The notes under the pieces were generated by a model. It saw only the letters and a program-made list of their open reading frames with translations. It did no database searches and was not told where the DNA came from. A stretch of 64,000 nucleotides of DNA from Tissierellia bacterium (GTDB lineage Bacteria; Bacillota; Clostridia; Tissierellales; Peptoniphilaceae): positions 4,349-68,348 of the forward strand of contig JAUNVF010000002.1 in NCBI GenBank assembly GCA_030537815.1, given 5' to 3'. This document shows, one piece after another, positions 48,234-59,729 of the stretch. Both the position numbers and the translations under genes were made by a program. Positions within the stretch are counted from its first letter, which is position 1. Each line of letters opens with the position of its first letter.

Positions 48234-50393
48234 GTGAGAGATTTGATTCAGGTAATTAAGAGGAATGGAACTAAGGTCGATTTCGATAAATCGAAAATCG
48301 TGATCGCCATTGAGAAAGCCATGAATAGCAGTAGTGGTATATATACGCCGAATATTGCAGAAAAAATTGCAACGGAAATAGAAGATTTTGCAAATGTTTT
48401 AAACAGAGATATTACGATATACCAGATTGAGGATCAAGTATACTATAAATTACTTGAATACAATAATCCGGCGACTGCTAGAGCTTATGAAAACTACAAG
48501 GCTGTACAGGCCTTTAAAAGACGTGAAAACACGACAGATAATGATATAATTGGACTTCTAAACAGAAGTAATAAAGAATTAATGACGGAAAATTCAAATA
48601 AAGACGCTCATGTAGTCTCAACTCAAAGGGATTTGATAGCCGGAGAGGTTTCAAAAGATATAGCCAGAAGACTCATCATTCCTACAGATATAGTTCAGGC
48701 TCATGATTCAGGAGCCATACATTTTCACGATATGGATTATATAATTCAGCCGATGTTCAATTGCTGTCTGATAAATATTGAGGATATGCTCGAAAATGGA
48801 ACTGTAATTAATGGCAAGAAGATTGATACTCCTAAGTCTTTTCAAGTTGCATGTACCGTAACAACTCAGATAATTGCTCAGATAGCGAGTGGACAATACG
48901 GGGGACAGAGCATTAATGGAATCGATAGAATACTAGCTCCATATGTGAAAAAATCATATGATAAATACCTTGCAGCAGTTGTTGAAGAACAAAAAGAAAT
49001 ATACGGCATAGAGCCGGATATGGAAAAAGCTGAGGAAATAGCTTTAAAGAGAACAAGAAAAGAAATAAAAGACGGCATCCAGACGATGCAGTATCAGATA
49101 AATACTTTGATGACTACAAATGGTCAAGCTCCTTTTGTTACCCTATTTATGCATTTTATGCCGGGATATGAGTACGAAAGGGAAGCTGCGATGATAACTG
49201 AAGAGATTTTAAGGCAGAGGATAGAGGGAATAAAAAATGAAGCAGATGTATATGTCACTCCTGCATTCCCTAAACTGATATATGTACTCGATGAGCATAA
49301 TGTAGAGCCGGATAGTAAATACTACTATCTTACGGAACTTGCGGCGGAATGTACTACTAAGAGGATGTATCCTGATTATATTTCTGCCAAGAAGATGAGA
49401 CAAATATACGAAGGAAATGTATTTTCTCCTATGGGCTGTAGATCATTTTTATCAGCTTGGAAAAATGAAGATGGGGAATATGTCTTTGATGGAAGATTTA
49501 ATATGGGTGTAGTTTCGCTTAATCTTCCACAGATAGGAATTTTATCTCAAGACGATGAAGAAGCTTTCTTTGACCTCCTTGAAAAGAGATTGGAACTTGC
49601 TAAAAAGGCTCTTATGCTCAGATATGATCTTCTGAAAGATGTGACGAGCGATGTGTCTCCGATCCACTGGCAGCATGGAGGAATAGCGAGACTTGGAAAG
49701 GGAGAGAAAGTAAGCAAGCTTTTAAAGGGAGGATATGCGACCATATCACTGGGCTATATCGGTCTTTACGAAGCGACTCTTTTAATAACCGGAAAATCCC
49801 ATACGACCGATGAAGGCAAGGAATTTGCAATGAAGGTCATGGATAGGTTGAATGAAGCTGTCAAGACTTGGAAAGAGGAAACGGGACTTGGATTTGCTTT
49901 ATATGGAACTCCTGCAGAGAGCTTGACTCATAGATTATGCTCACTCGATAGAGCGAGATTTGGAGAGATAGAGGGCATAACGGATAAGGGCTTCTACACA
50001 AATTCATATCATGTATATGTCGGCGAAGAAATAGATGTGTTCAACAAATTCAAATTTGAAAGCTCTTTCCAGGAAAAATCTACAGGTGGAGCGATATCAT
50101 ATGCAGAAATTCCGAATATGTCTAATAATGTAGACGCCTTATTGACGATGATAAGATATATCTACGATAATATAACATATGCTGAATTCAATACAAAATT
50201 GGATTATTGCCAATCATGCGGATATGATGGTGAGATAGTGGTCAATGAAGAAAATGAATGGGAATGCCCACAATGTCATAATAAAGATAAGAATACTCTA
50301 ACAGTAATAAGGAGAACTTGTGGCTATCTCGGAGAGAATTTCTGGAATGAAGGTAGGACAAAGGAGATTAAAAATAGAGTTTTACACATATGA
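48234..50393 (+). CDS. nrdD: Anaerobic (class III) ribonucleoside-triphosphate reductase
   Basis: ATP cone VIKRNG...FDKSKI, FNCC, MGCRSFL, CxxC...CxxC, RRTCGYL glycyl-radical motif. Confidence 0.97.
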   Translation: MRDLIQVIKRNGTKVDFDKSKIVIAIEKAMNSSSGIYTPNIAEKIATEIEDFANVLNRDITIYQIEDQVYYKLLEYNNPATARAYENYKAVQAFKRRENTTDNDIIGLLNRSNKELMTENSNKDAHVVSTQRDLIAGEVSKDIARRLIIPTDIVQAHDSGAIHFHDMDYIIQPMFNCCLINIEDMLENGTVINGKKIDTPKSFQVACTVTTQIIAQIASGQYGGQSINGIDRILAPYVKKSYDKYLAAVVEEQKEIYGIEPDMEKAEEIALKRTRKEIKDGIQTMQYQINTLMTTNGQAPFVTLFMHFMPGYEYEREAAMITEEILRQRIEGIKNEADVYVTPAFPKLIYVLDEHNVEPDSKYYYLTELAAECTTKRMYPDYISAKKMRQIYEGNVFSPMGCRSFLSAWKNEDGEYVFDGRFNMGVVSLNLPQIGILSQDDEEAFFDLLEKRLELAKKALMLRYDLLKDVTSDVSPIHWQHGGIARLGKGEKVSKLLKGGYATISLGYIGLYEATLLITGKSHTTDEGKEFAMKVMDRLNEAVKTWKEETGLGFALYGTPAESLTHRLCSLDRARFGEIEGITDKGFYTNSYHVYVGEEIDVFNKFKFESSFQEKSTGGAISYAEIPNMSNNVDALLTMIRYIYDNITYAEFNTKLDYCQSCGYDGEIVVNEENEWECPQCHNKDKNTLTVIRRTCGYLGENFWNEGRTKEIKNRVLHI

Positions 50394-50884
50394 GATATGC
50401 ACAAATTAGAAAATACGATGTTGCAAATGGACCCGGAATAAGGACCACAATCTTCGTTACGGGATGTACGCATAATTGCAAAAATTGCTTTAATAAAGAA
50501 TATCAGGATTTTAATTATGGCGAGCTCTGGACTGATGAACAGACAGAGCTTGTCTTAAAATATTTAAAAGAGGATATGGTATCAGGACTAACACTTTTAG
50601 GAGGAGAGCCTTTTCAAAATTGCGAAGGCTTGATACCGGTACTAAAAAGGGTAAGAACTGAAAATGGGAAAAATATATGGGCTTATTCAGGTTATAAATT
50701 TGAACAACTGTTAAAGAGTGAAGAAAAAAGAGAGATGCTCTCGCTATGCGATGTGCTGGTAGATGGACTATACATAGATGAGCTGAAGAATCTTATGTTA
50801 AAATTCAGAGGCTCTAGCAATCAAAGAATAATAGATGTAAAAAAATCCCTTTCAAAAGGTAAAATAATAGAAATAAAAATATAA
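50390..50884 (+). CDS. nrdG: Anaerobic RNR activating enzyme (radical SAM)
   Basis: NGPGIR, GCTHNCKNCFN, LGGEP, FRGSSNQR. Confidence 0.96.
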   Translation: MRYAQIRKYDVANGPGIRTTIFVTGCTHNCKNCFNKEYQDFNYGELWTDEQTELVLKYLKEDMVSGLTLLGGEPFQNCEGLIPVLKRVRTENGKNIWAYSGYKFEQLLKSEEKREMLSLCDVLVDGLYIDELKNLMLKFRGSSNQRIIDVKKSLSKGKIIEIKI

Positions 50885-50910
50885 ACCCATGATCATGGGT
50901 TTATATTTTT
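50875..50910. terminator. 36-bp perfect palindrome overlapping the ends of two convergent genes
   Basis: AAAAATATAAACCCATGA|TCATGGGTTTATATTTTT. Confidence 0.7.
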
Positions 50911-51597
50911 TAGTTTGGCATCTCCCGAATACAGTGAATCGAAAAGTTCGGGAGTATACTCAAATTTATTTATAAATTCAGCTTGTATAAAAATTCTCTT
51001 GTCTTCAGAAATCGGTCTTGCACATGTCATGAGCGAAAGGATCGGCTTTCCATGTTCTTTGGCGATCTCATCATCCAATAGGTAGAATGCATCAGGCTCA
51101 GTGGTCAGATTGGCATAAGTTCGGTAATGATATATATTTACTTTATCAGTTATATAGATATCTTCTCCGATTCCGAGATGCTCCAGTCCATGAAATAGTG
51201 AACCTTCGATTCTGTGATTGTGACCTGATATCGTATAATTTCCTTCGCCAAGTTTCTGTTCTAGTTTCATTGTTGCGACTCCAACCCATAGATTTTCTAC
51301 ATTTACTCCTTTAGAAACAGCTAGATTTCTTTGCATCGAAGGAATTATTAGCTGTGCTATTACGAATTCAGGAAATTCTCTATCTATCATTTTGTAACTA
51401 TCGAGCGCATCTATATTTGTAATTGCTTCATAGTCATTTACAACTTCTTTTTTTTCGTTTTGAGCCATGTCCTCAGCAGTTATCTCTTTTATATACTCTG
51501 TTTTTTGGCTTTGTTTAAATAGATAATCCGACCCTAATTGGTATCCGACTAAAAGCAAGCCTATAATTATCAGTGAAACTGCTATAATTTTTTTCAT
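50893..51597 (-). CDS. srtA: Class A sortase
   Basis: N-terminal TM; GVATMK..Q.LGEGNYTISGH, LSLMTC and KRI give the His/Cys/Arg triad. Confidence 0.8.
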   Translation of the reverse strand: MKKIIAVSLIIIGLLLVGYQLGSDYLFKQSQKTEYIKEITAEDMAQNEKKEVVNDYEAITNIDALDSYKMIDREFPEFVIAQLIIPSMQRNLAVSKGVNVENLWVGVATMKLEQKLGEGNYTISGHNHRIEGSLFHGLEHLGIGEDIYITDKVNIYHYRTYANLTTEPDAFYLLDDEIAKEHGKPILSLMTCARPISEDKRIFIQAEFINKFEYTPELFDSLYSGDAKLKNINP

Positions 51598-51615
51598 AAA
51601 CTATCTCCCTTGTAT

Positions 51616-53031
51616 TTACGGCAATGGGGAAGCGTGTTCAAAGTCCTGATTATTTACTATCATATATGCCAGAAGATGTGGAATTCCACAACCCGTCGTA
51701 AGAACAAGGTCTTCAGGTTCTACAGTATTGTAAATATATTCCTTGGCTTCTTCAAATGTAGCTAAATATTTTGCATTTATTCCCTTATTTAGCAATAATT
51801 TTACTATATCATTTGAATGTATACTTGAATCGAAATGCTCTCTCGCTGCGTAAATATCCGTTACGATGACTTCATCAACATCGTCAAATGCCTCTGAAAA
51901 TTCTTTAAGTAGAGATTTAGTTCTGCTAAATGTATGGGGCTGAAATACGCAAATCAGCCTATTTTTCTTGTGTTCTGAAAGAGCATGGAGAGTATTTTTG
52001 ATTTCAGTCGGATGATGACCATAATCGGTCATTATATTAGCTCCATTGTACTGTCCGACGAGTTCCATTCTCCTATGCAAAGCTCTGTAATCGTGAAGTT
52101 GTTTAATTATGAGTTCTTTGTCTACTCCGGTTACTATCATCGAGATGGCAGCTGCAGCTGCATTATACATATTGAAATCTCCGATTACAGGCAGCGAGAT
52201 ATCCATCTCATCTCCTTCTTTGCTTACCAATGTAAATGAAGGTTTACCTATCTCGTCATGCTTGACATTTTCTATTCTGAAATCTGCATCTTTATTTCTC
52301 AACCCGAATGTATATATTTTTCCCTTTATATGATCGAGAAGAGGTATGCAGTTAGGATCGTCGATATTTATTATAGCATTTGAATTTTCATCTAAATTTT
52401 TCATATAGCCTATAAATGTGCTTACGATATGATCTAAGTTTTTATAATAATCAAGATGATCTTCACTTATATTCAAAACTATTACAGTGGAGGGATAATA
52501 ATTGAGTATATTTGCCTTGTACTCGCATGCTTCTGTTATCAAATAATCTCTATCTCCCACCAATACATTACCCTCAATAGTATCAAGGTCTCCGCCAAGA
52601 AGTATGGACGGATTGTATTTTGAGTTGACCAAAATCGTTGATATCATACTTGTAACGGTAGACTTGCCATGAGAACCTGAAATTGCGATTGAATGCTTGT
52701 AATTTCTCATCAATGCTCCTAGGAAAACTCCTCTCGTTACAACAGGGATATCAAGGGTCTTAGCGTAAATCAACTCCTCATTATCAGGAAGTATGGCGTC
52801 GGTATACACGATGATATCCGGATTTTCTATATTTTCCGCCTTTTGTCCGTATTTTACTTTTACGCCCAATTCTTCAAGTTTCTTTGTATGCGGGTTGACC
52901 TCTCTATCTGAACCGCTTATATTAAATCCAGAATCAAGCAAAAGATGAGCGATTCCAGACATGCTTACTCCACCTATTCCAATAAAATGTATATTTTTAA
53001 TATCATGATTATCTAAATCAAATTTAAACAC
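51616..53031 (-). CDS. murC: UDP-N-acetylmuramate--L-alanine ligase
   Basis: HFIGIGGVSMSG, SGSHGKST, EACEY, DHLDYY, DYGHHPTEI, FQPH. Confidence 0.96.
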   Translation of the reverse strand: MFKFDLDNHDIKNIHFIGIGGVSMSGIAHLLLDSGFNISGSDREVNPHTKKLEELGVKVKYGQKAENIENPDIIVYTDAILPDNEELIYAKTLDIPVVTRGVFLGALMRNYKHSIAISGSHGKSTVTSMISTILVNSKYNPSILLGGDLDTIEGNVLVGDRDYLITEACEYKANILNYYPSTVIVLNISEDHLDYYKNLDHIVSTFIGYMKNLDENSNAIINIDDPNCIPLLDHIKGKIYTFGLRNKDADFRIENVKHDEIGKPSFTLVSKEGDEMDISLPVIGDFNMYNAAAAAISMIVTGVDKELIIKQLHDYRALHRRMELVGQYNGANIMTDYGHHPTEIKNTLHALSEHKKNRLICVFQPHTFSRTKSLLKEFSEAFDDVDEVIVTDIYAAREHFDSSIHSNDIVKLLLNKGINAKYLATFEEAKEYIYNTVEPEDLVLTTGCGIPHLLAYMIVNNQDFEHASPLP

Positions 53032-53218
53032 AATTATCCCCCTTTGCTTACGCATTTTCTATTATAATTGTTTAAAAGAAAAGATACAAGTCTTTAATTT
53101 CTTTAAATAAATAATAATGAAGGATTTTAATTTATATAATTAATTTAGGCGCTTGGCTTGATGATAAAAGAATTTTTATAGTATAATAGAAAAGGAAATA
53201 GAAAAGGCAGGTGTTAAA

Positions 53219-54601
53219 GTGATTATATCCATTATACTAGCGGCCGGCGAAGGTACGAGGATGAAGTCTAAATATTCTAAGGTCACGCAGAGATTGCTAA
53301 ATAGACCCATGGTCGATTATGTCCTCGATGCAAGCAAAAAAGCCGGAGTAGAAAAAAATATAATGATTGTAGGAAGAAATAAGGAAATGGTAATGGAATT
53401 ATTTGAAGGCGAAGACATCTCCTACAAAGAGCAAAAGATAGGAGCTGAATATCCATATGGCACAGGCTATGCTGTTTCTTTGGCGGTGGATGAGATAAAA
53501 GATGATGACGATGTCCTTATATTAAATGGAGACATACCACTTCTTAGTTCATATTCCATAGAAAAATTTATTAATTACCATAAAGAAAATAAAAATATAG
53601 GATCGATTCTAACAGCTATAATAGACGACCCGACAAATTACGGTAGGATTATAAAAAATGACGAAGGTCAGTTGATCAAGATCGTAGAACATAAAGATGC
53701 TAATGAAGAAGAATTGAAAATTTGCGAATTTAACTCGGGAGTATATCTTTTCAGAGGAGGGGATTTAAAAGAATCTCTGGGAATGATAAAATCAGATAAT
53801 GAGCAAGGTGAGATGTATATCACAGATATCATAGGGATATTGTCTGAAGCTGGAAAGAAAATCGGAACATTTCTCCTAGACGATGTCACTGAAGTATATG
53901 GAATCAATTCCAAAGATCAGCTTTCAGAAGCTGAAGAGGTATTGAGGGCAAGAGTTAATCGCGAATATATGAAAAATGGGGTTTTTATGGAAAATCCTTC
54001 AAATATATTTATAGAACCTGGTGTTGAAATCGGGATCGATACTAAGATTTACTCCGGTGCCAAGATACTGGGCAAGACAATTATCGGAGAAGATTGTATA
54101 ATAGATGGAGCTAGTACTATTATCGATTCTGTAATTGAAGATGAAGTTGTCATCAATAGATCTGTAGTCGAGCATTCGCATATCTCAAAAAATGCGACAA
54201 TAGGTCCATTTGCTCATCTCAGACCTAATGCAGATATCGGAAAGAATGTCCATATAGGTAATTTTGTCGAAGTTAAAAATGCCAAGATGGGCGAGAATAC
54301 AAAAGCCGGTCACCTTTCCTATATAGGAGATGCGGATCTCGGTAAAGATATAAATATAGGATGTGGCAGTATTTTTGTAAACTTTGACGGAAAAGATAAA
54401 TTTAGATCGACAGTTAAAGACGGAGCTTTTATAGGTAGTAATTCAAATATAATCGCACCGGTCGTGATAGAAGAAGATGCCTTTATAGCTGCAGGCACAT
54501 CTGTAACTAAGAATGTTGACAAAGGCTCTCTGTATATTACGAGAGCAAAAGAAGTAAAGGTAGCAGATTGGGTATATATCAAAAATAAAAAAAGCAAATA
54601 A
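53219..54601 (+). CDS. glmU: Bifunctional GlcNAc-1-P uridyltransferase / GlcN-1-P acetyltransferase
   Basis: [41 protein letters not shown]. Confidence 0.97.
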   Translation: MIISIILAAGEGTRMKSKYSKVTQRLLNRPMVDYVLDASKKAGVEKNIMIVGRNKEMVMELFEGEDISYKEQKIGAEYPYGTGYAVSLAVDEIKDDDDVLILNGDIPLLSSYSIEKFINYHKENKNIGSILTAIIDDPTNYGRIIKNDEGQLIKIVEHKDANEEELKICEFNSGVYLFRGGDLKESLGMIKSDNEQGEMYITDIIGILSEAGKKIGTFLLDDVTEVYGINSKDQLSEAEEVLRARVNREYMKNGVFMENPSNIFIEPGVEIGIDTKIYSGAKILGKTIIGEDCIIDGASTIIDSVIEDEVVINRSVVEHSHISKNATIGPFAHLRPNADIGKNVHIGNFVEVKNAKMGENTKAGHLSYIGDADLGKDINIGCGSIFVNFDGKDKFRSTVKDGAFIGSNSNIIAPVVIEEDAFIAAGTSVTKNVDKGSLYITRAKEVKVADWVYIKNKKSK

Positions 54602-54615
54602 TTGGAGGATTGAGA

Positions 54616-55563
54616 ATGTTTATTGGAGAGATGAAGGTTTTTTCGGGCAATTCAAATCCGAAATTTGCAGAGGATATTTGCAAACATCTGGGAATTCCAC
54701 AGGGGAAGACGACTATTGAGAAATTTAGAGATGGAGAGATAAATCTCGTCATCGAGGAGACGGTAAGAGGATATGATGTATTTATAGTTCAGCCCACCTG
54801 CACTCCTGTAAATGATCACTTGATGGAACTGTTAATAATGATAGATGCTGCAAAGAGGGCATCTGCTGCGAGAATAAATGCAGTAGTTCCTTATTATGGA
54901 TATGCGAGACAGGACAGAAAGACTAGAGGTAGAGAGCCGATAAGTGCAAAGCTTGTAGCAAATCTACTCACTACGGCAGGTGCTGACAGGGTTATAACAA
55001 TGGACCTTCATGCAGGACAGATACAAGGTTATTTCGATATACCGGTTGACCATCTAACATCAGTGCAGACCCTTGCAAATTATTTTAAACAGATTGTAAA
55101 TGACGAAGATTATGTAATAGTTTCCCCGGATTTAGGAGGAGTAACCAGAGCTAGAACCTTCTCAAATCACTTAAATCTTCCTATAGCTATAATTGAAAAG
55201 AGAAGACCCAGACCAAATGAATCTGAAGTATTGAATATAATCGGAGATATCAAAGGAAAGAATGCGATAATAATCGACGACATAATAGATACAGCAGGGA
55301 CGATAACTAATGCGGCAAAAGTCTTGAAAGAAAAAGGCGCTAAAGACGTCTATATAACAGCAACTCATGGAGTGCTTTCAGGGCCTGCTAGAGAGAGAAT
55401 CGCCAAGTCGGTAGTAGAAAAATGTATAATAACAGATACAATACCTCTACACGAAGGGCTTAAGGCAGAGAAGATAGAAGTCGTTTCGGTTGCGGAGACA
55501 TTTGCAAAAGCTATTAGGAATATAAATAGCAATAAATCTGTTTCTTCGCTATTCGATATGTAG
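54616..55563 (+). CDS. prs: Ribose-phosphate pyrophosphokinase
   Basis: [38 protein letters not shown]. Confidence 0.98.
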   Translation: MFIGEMKVFSGNSNPKFAEDICKHLGIPQGKTTIEKFRDGEINLVIEETVRGYDVFIVQPTCTPVNDHLMELLIMIDAAKRASAARINAVVPYYGYARQDRKTRGREPISAKLVANLLTTAGADRVITMDLHAGQIQGYFDIPVDHLTSVQTLANYFKQIVNDEDYVIVSPDLGGVTRARTFSNHLNLPIAIIEKRRPRPNESEVLNIIGDIKGKNAIIIDDIIDTAGTITNAAKVLKEKGAKDVYITATHGVLSGPARERIAKSVVEKCIITDTIPLHEGLKAEKIEVVSVAETFAKAIRNINSNKSVSSLFDM

Positions 55564-55572
55564 GAGATAGAC

Positions 55573-56148
55573 TTGAAGATCATAGTTGGACTGGGAAATC
55601 CCGGTTTGAAATACGAAGCGACTAGACATAATGCCGGATTTATGGTCATAGATCTGCTGGCTAAAAAGCTCGGAATAAAAGTAAAAAAAATTAAATGGAA
55701 ATCCTTATATGAAAAAGTAAATTTAAGAGGAGAAAGTATCATACTTTTAAAACCTCAGACATTTATGAATAATTCCGGAATCGCAGTAAAAGAGATAGTC
55801 GATTATTTTGGGGTCGATATCGAGGACTTGATTGTGATATACGATGACATCGACATTCCTTTTGGAACTATAAGGATTAAGAAATCCGGCTCTTCGGGAA
55901 GTCATAATGGAATGAAATCAATTATTTACCATTTAAATGACGATTCATTTCCTAGAATTAGATTGAGTATAGGAAAAAAACCGGATTACTTTGACCTTGC
56001 TGATTATGTGTTGAGTGGATTTAGCAAAAAAGAAGCCGAAGTTTTTGATAGAGAAGTATCCGCAGCGGCCAGCGCAGTCGAGAGGATTCTGTCAGAAGGT
56101 CTTGATGCGGCTATGAATGAATTCAACGGAATGGATTATATGCTATGA
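55573..56148 (+). CDS. pth: Peptidyl-tRNA hydrolase
   Basis: IVGLGNPG..Y..TRHNAGF, KPQTFMN.SG, GSHNG. Confidence 0.97.
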   Translation: MKIIVGLGNPGLKYEATRHNAGFMVIDLLAKKLGIKVKKIKWKSLYEKVNLRGESIILLKPQTFMNNSGIAVKEIVDYFGVDIEDLIVIYDDIDIPFGTIRIKKSGSSGSHNGMKSIIYHLNDDSFPRIRLSIGKKPDYFDLADYVLSGFSKKEAEVFDREVSAAASAVERILSEGLDAAMNEFNGMDYML

Positions 56149-59100
56149 ATTATTTAATTGATATTCTCGATCAACTTGAAGAATACAAGGATATAAAAGA
56201 CAAATTAAAGGGGGATAGCTCGATTTACATCCATGGGATGGTTAAAGAGAGCATCCCGCATTTCATATATGCTCTTCAAAAGGATTTAGAGAAGAGCATT
56301 TTTGTAGTTGTCCGAGATGAACTTAGGGCAAAAGAAATCTTTGAATCTGCTTCGAGTATCCCGGATATAAATTTGAGTTTTTATCCAAAGAGCGAGATAG
56401 GATTTTACAATATCAAGCCATTGGAATCTGATTCAGACAGACAGAGAATTCAGACCATGAATAGCCTTGCAAAAGGAGAGAGATCGATAATCATAGCTTC
56501 TCAGGAGGCTCTAGTAAAAAAGATATCGACACCTAAATACTTTATAAAATCGACTTTGAATATAAGGATAGATGATGAAGTGGATATAGATAATCTCGTG
56601 AAGAAACTTGGGATTATGCAATATGAGAGAGTTTCAACAGTCGAATCAAAGGGTCAATTCGCAGTAAGAGGCGGAATAATAGATATTTATCCAATAGATT
56701 ATGAGGACCCAGTTAGGGTTGAGCTCTTCGATACAGAGATAGATTCTATAAGGACATTTAGGATTAGCGATCAGAGATCTGTTTCAAATATAGATTCTTT
56801 TACGGTAACTCCGGCAAGGGAATTTTTGCTGACTGAAGCAGATAAAGACAATATACTAAAGGGAATTCAAAGAGATCTGGACAAGGCTGAGAATTCAGTG
56901 ATGTATGGTATCGATAAAGATTTGCTCATAGAAAAATTTGAAGAGATAAGATCATTTGTTGAAAGCGATATAATACTGTCGAATCCTGATCTCGTGATGC
57001 CGTATATAAAGAAAAACAGCTATTCATCGATCTTAGATTATCTCGACAGAGATACGGTCGTAGTATTTGAAGATGTCGCTAGAATTTATGACCGGGCATC
57101 GGAAAATGAAAAGAGATATGACGAGGATTTAAGCTATCAGATCGAAAAGGGAGAGGTATTTTCTTCTCATGAGAAGATACCATTTAGATTTAAAGATATA
57201 TTAAAAGAAGTAAAAGAATTTAATTTAATAAATATAACTCAATTGACAAAGAGGACAAGCCTTCTAAGCCCTGATTCAGAAGCTAAGATCACCACAGTCG
57301 AAACTCAAGGATATAATAGAAATTTTACTCTTCTAAAAGAAAATATTGAGGAATATGTATATCGCGGTTATAAGACTGTGATAATGGCGCAAAATAAGGA
57401 AAAGGCAGAGAGCTTAATCGGCTTATTGGCGTCTGAAGGGATTAATGCCAATTATAGGGAAAATCTGTCAGACGAGTTAAAGACATCTCAAGTTATCGTA
57501 ACGCCATTTTCATTTTCAAAGGGATTTGAATACAAAAAGCTGAAGCTAGTATTTATAACTCATAATGAGATATATGGAAAGAGCCTCAAAAAAAATATAA
57601 GAAAGAAAAAAAAGAAGCTGACAGGACAGGAAATCATATCATATTCCGACTTGGTGGCTGGAGACTATATAGTTCATGAAAATCACGGTATTGGAATATA
57701 TCGGGGAATAAAACAGATTGAGGTTGCCGGAAAGGTGAAGGATTATCTCGTCTTGGAATATAGAGGAACCGACAAATTATTTATACCGACAGATCAGATG
57801 AATCTTATTCAAAAATATATAGGAGCAGATGCCAGATCTCCCAAGCTAAATAAGCTCGGTGGAGCTGAATGGATTAAGACGAAGCAGAGAGCCAAGAAGG
57901 CATTGGCACAAATAGCAGATGACTTGGTTGAATTATATGCTAAGAGGTCAAAGCAAAAGGGATTCTCTTTTTCTACCGATACTCCATGGCAAAGGGAATT
58001 TGAAGATGCATTTATATATGAAGAGACGGGCGCTCAAATCAGATCTATAAAAGAAATCAAGGGAGATATGGAATCTGATAAGCCTATGGAGAGATTATTA
58101 TGTGGCGATGTCGGATACGGAAAGACAGAAGTTGCATTTAGAGCGGCATTTAAAGCGATAATGGACGGCAAACAGGTGGCTTTTTTAGTGCCGACGACCA
58201 TACTCGCTCAGCAGCATTATCTAACTGCAGTCGAGAGATTTAAGGATTTTCCTGTTAAAGTCGAGATGATATCGAGATTTAGAACCGCGAGTCAGCAGAG
58301 TAAGATATTAAAAGATGTATCGGGTGGATATGTCGACCTATTGATTGGAACTCATAGGCTTTTGTCAAAGGATTTGAAATTTAAGGATCTAGGTCTTTTG
58401 ATAATAGACGAAGAGCAGAGATTTGGAGTAAGGCATAAAGATAAATTAAAGGTCCTTAGGGAAAATATCGATGTATTGATGCTAAGTGCGACGCCAATTC
58501 CAAGAACACTTCAGATGGGACTTGTCGGAATAAAAGATATGAGTCTTTTAGATGAAGCGCCGGAAGAAAGATATCCGACGACTACATATGTAGTTGAATA
58601 CGAACCCATGGTCATAAGAGAAGCGGTAATAAGGGAGATTGAGAGAGGAGGACAGGTCTATTTCGTATACAATAGAGTATATGATATAGATGAAATGGCT
58701 TTCAAATTAAAAGAGCTCATACCCGAAGCTGAAATTATAACAGCACATGGCAGGATGAGAGAAAGATCTCTAGAAAAAGTAATGATAGATTTTACAGAGG
58801 GAAAATACGATATACTTTTATCTACATCCATTATAGAAACTGGACTCGATATCCATAATGTCAACACAATGATAATATATAATGCTGACCATATGGGGCT
58901 ATCTCAGCTGTACCAACTTAAAGGTAGGATTGGAAGGGGAGATAGGACATCTTATGCTTATTTTACTTATGAGAAAGGCAAGAGCCTGACCGAAATATCT
59001 GAGAAAAGGCTCAAAGCGATAAGAGACTTCACTGAATTTGGATCCGGATTCAAAATTGCAATGAGGGATCTCGAATTGAGGGGAGCTGGAAATATACTGG

Positions 59101-59660
59101 GTGAAAGTCAGCATGGACATATCGACCAGATAGGATATGATCTATATGTAAAAATGCTGGAGCAAGCTATAAAATACGCTAAGGGCGATATGGTAGAAGA
59201 GAAGGAGAGAGAAATAAATATAGATATGGGAATAGACAGCTATATCCCTTCAGACTATATAGTATCAAACTCTTCAAAGATAGAGATATATAAACGAATT
59301 GCTTCAATAGACAGCCTAGCTGAACTGGAAGACATGATCGGAGAATTGATCGATAGATTTGGAGATGTTCCAAAGCCTGTTGTAAATGTGATGTATATAT
59401 CTCTGATTAAATCCTTGGCGCAAAAAATAGGATTCACACAGATAATCGGAAAAGAAGGCAAGATAATATTCGAATATGAAGATATGGATTTATTTTCTAT
59501 AGAGGAATTTAAATATTTGAGCGACGAATTCAAAGACTCGCTCGAGTTTAGCCTATCAACTCCTCCTTCGCTGATAATAAAAGCTGAAAAGAGGAGATTA
59601 AATAAGGGATATCTCTTATTAGATAAGATAATTAAATATAAAAAGAGTGGAAAAGCTTGA
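56145..59660 (+). CDS. mfd: Transcription-repair coupling factor
   Basis: RGGIIDI, VHENHGIG, CGDVGYGKTEVA, IDEEQRFGV, SATPIPRTL, RDLELRGAGN, TRCF domain. Confidence 0.98.
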   Translation: MNYLIDILDQLEEYKDIKDKLKGDSSIYIHGMVKESIPHFIYALQKDLEKSIFVVVRDELRAKEIFESASSIPDINLSFYPKSEIGFYNIKPLESDSDRQRIQTMNSLAKGERSIIIASQEALVKKISTPKYFIKSTLNIRIDDEVDIDNLVKKLGIMQYERVSTVESKGQFAVRGGIIDIYPIDYEDPVRVELFDTEIDSIRTFRISDQRSVSNIDSFTVTPAREFLLTEADKDNILKGIQRDLDKAENSVMYGIDKDLLIEKFEEIRSFVESDIILSNPDLVMPYIKKNSYSSILDYLDRDTVVVFEDVARIYDRASENEKRYDEDLSYQIEKGEVFSSHEKIPFRFKDILKEVKEFNLINITQLTKRTSLLSPDSEAKITTVETQGYNRNFTLLKENIEEYVYRGYKTVIMAQNKEKAESLIGLLASEGINANYRENLSDELKTSQVIVTPFSFSKGFEYKKLKLVFITHNEIYGKSLKKNIRKKKKKLTGQEIISYSDLVAGDYIVHENHGIGIYRGIKQIEVAGKVKDYLVLEYRGTDKLFIPTDQMNLIQKYIGADARSPKLNKLGGAEWIKTKQRAKKALAQIADDLVELYAKRSKQKGFSFSTDTPWQREFEDAFIYEETGAQIRSIKEIKGDMESDKPMERLLCGDVGYGKTEVAFRAAFKAIMDGKQVAFLVPTTILAQQHYLTAVERFKDFPVKVEMISRFRTASQQSKILKDVSGGYVDLLIGTHRLLSKDLKFKDLGLLIIDEEQRFGVRHKDKLKVLRENIDVLMLSATPIPRTLQMGLVGIKDMSLLDEAPEERYPTTTYVVEYEPMVIREAVIREIERGGQVYFVYNRVYDIDEMAFKLKELIPEAEIITAHGRMRERSLEKVMIDFTEGKYDILLSTSIIETGLDIHNVNTMIIYNADHMGLSQLYQLKGRIGRGDRTSYAYFTYEKGKSLTEISEKRLKAIRDFTEFGSGFKIAMRDLELRGAGNILGESQHGHIDQIGYDLYVKMLEQAIKYAKGDMVEEKEREINIDMGIDSYIPSDYIVSNSSKIEIYKRIASIDSLAELEDMIGELIDRFGDVPKPVVNVMYISLIKSLAQKIGFTQIIGKEGKIIFEYEDMDLFSIEEFKYLSDEFKDSLEFSLSTPPSLIIKAEKRRLNKGYLLLDKIIKYKKSGKA

Positions 59661-59729
59661 AAGATGTTTTAAAACCTATATAATATTGAGAGTAGGTAAT
59701 AAACAAAAAATTGAAATGGAGATGAGTTA

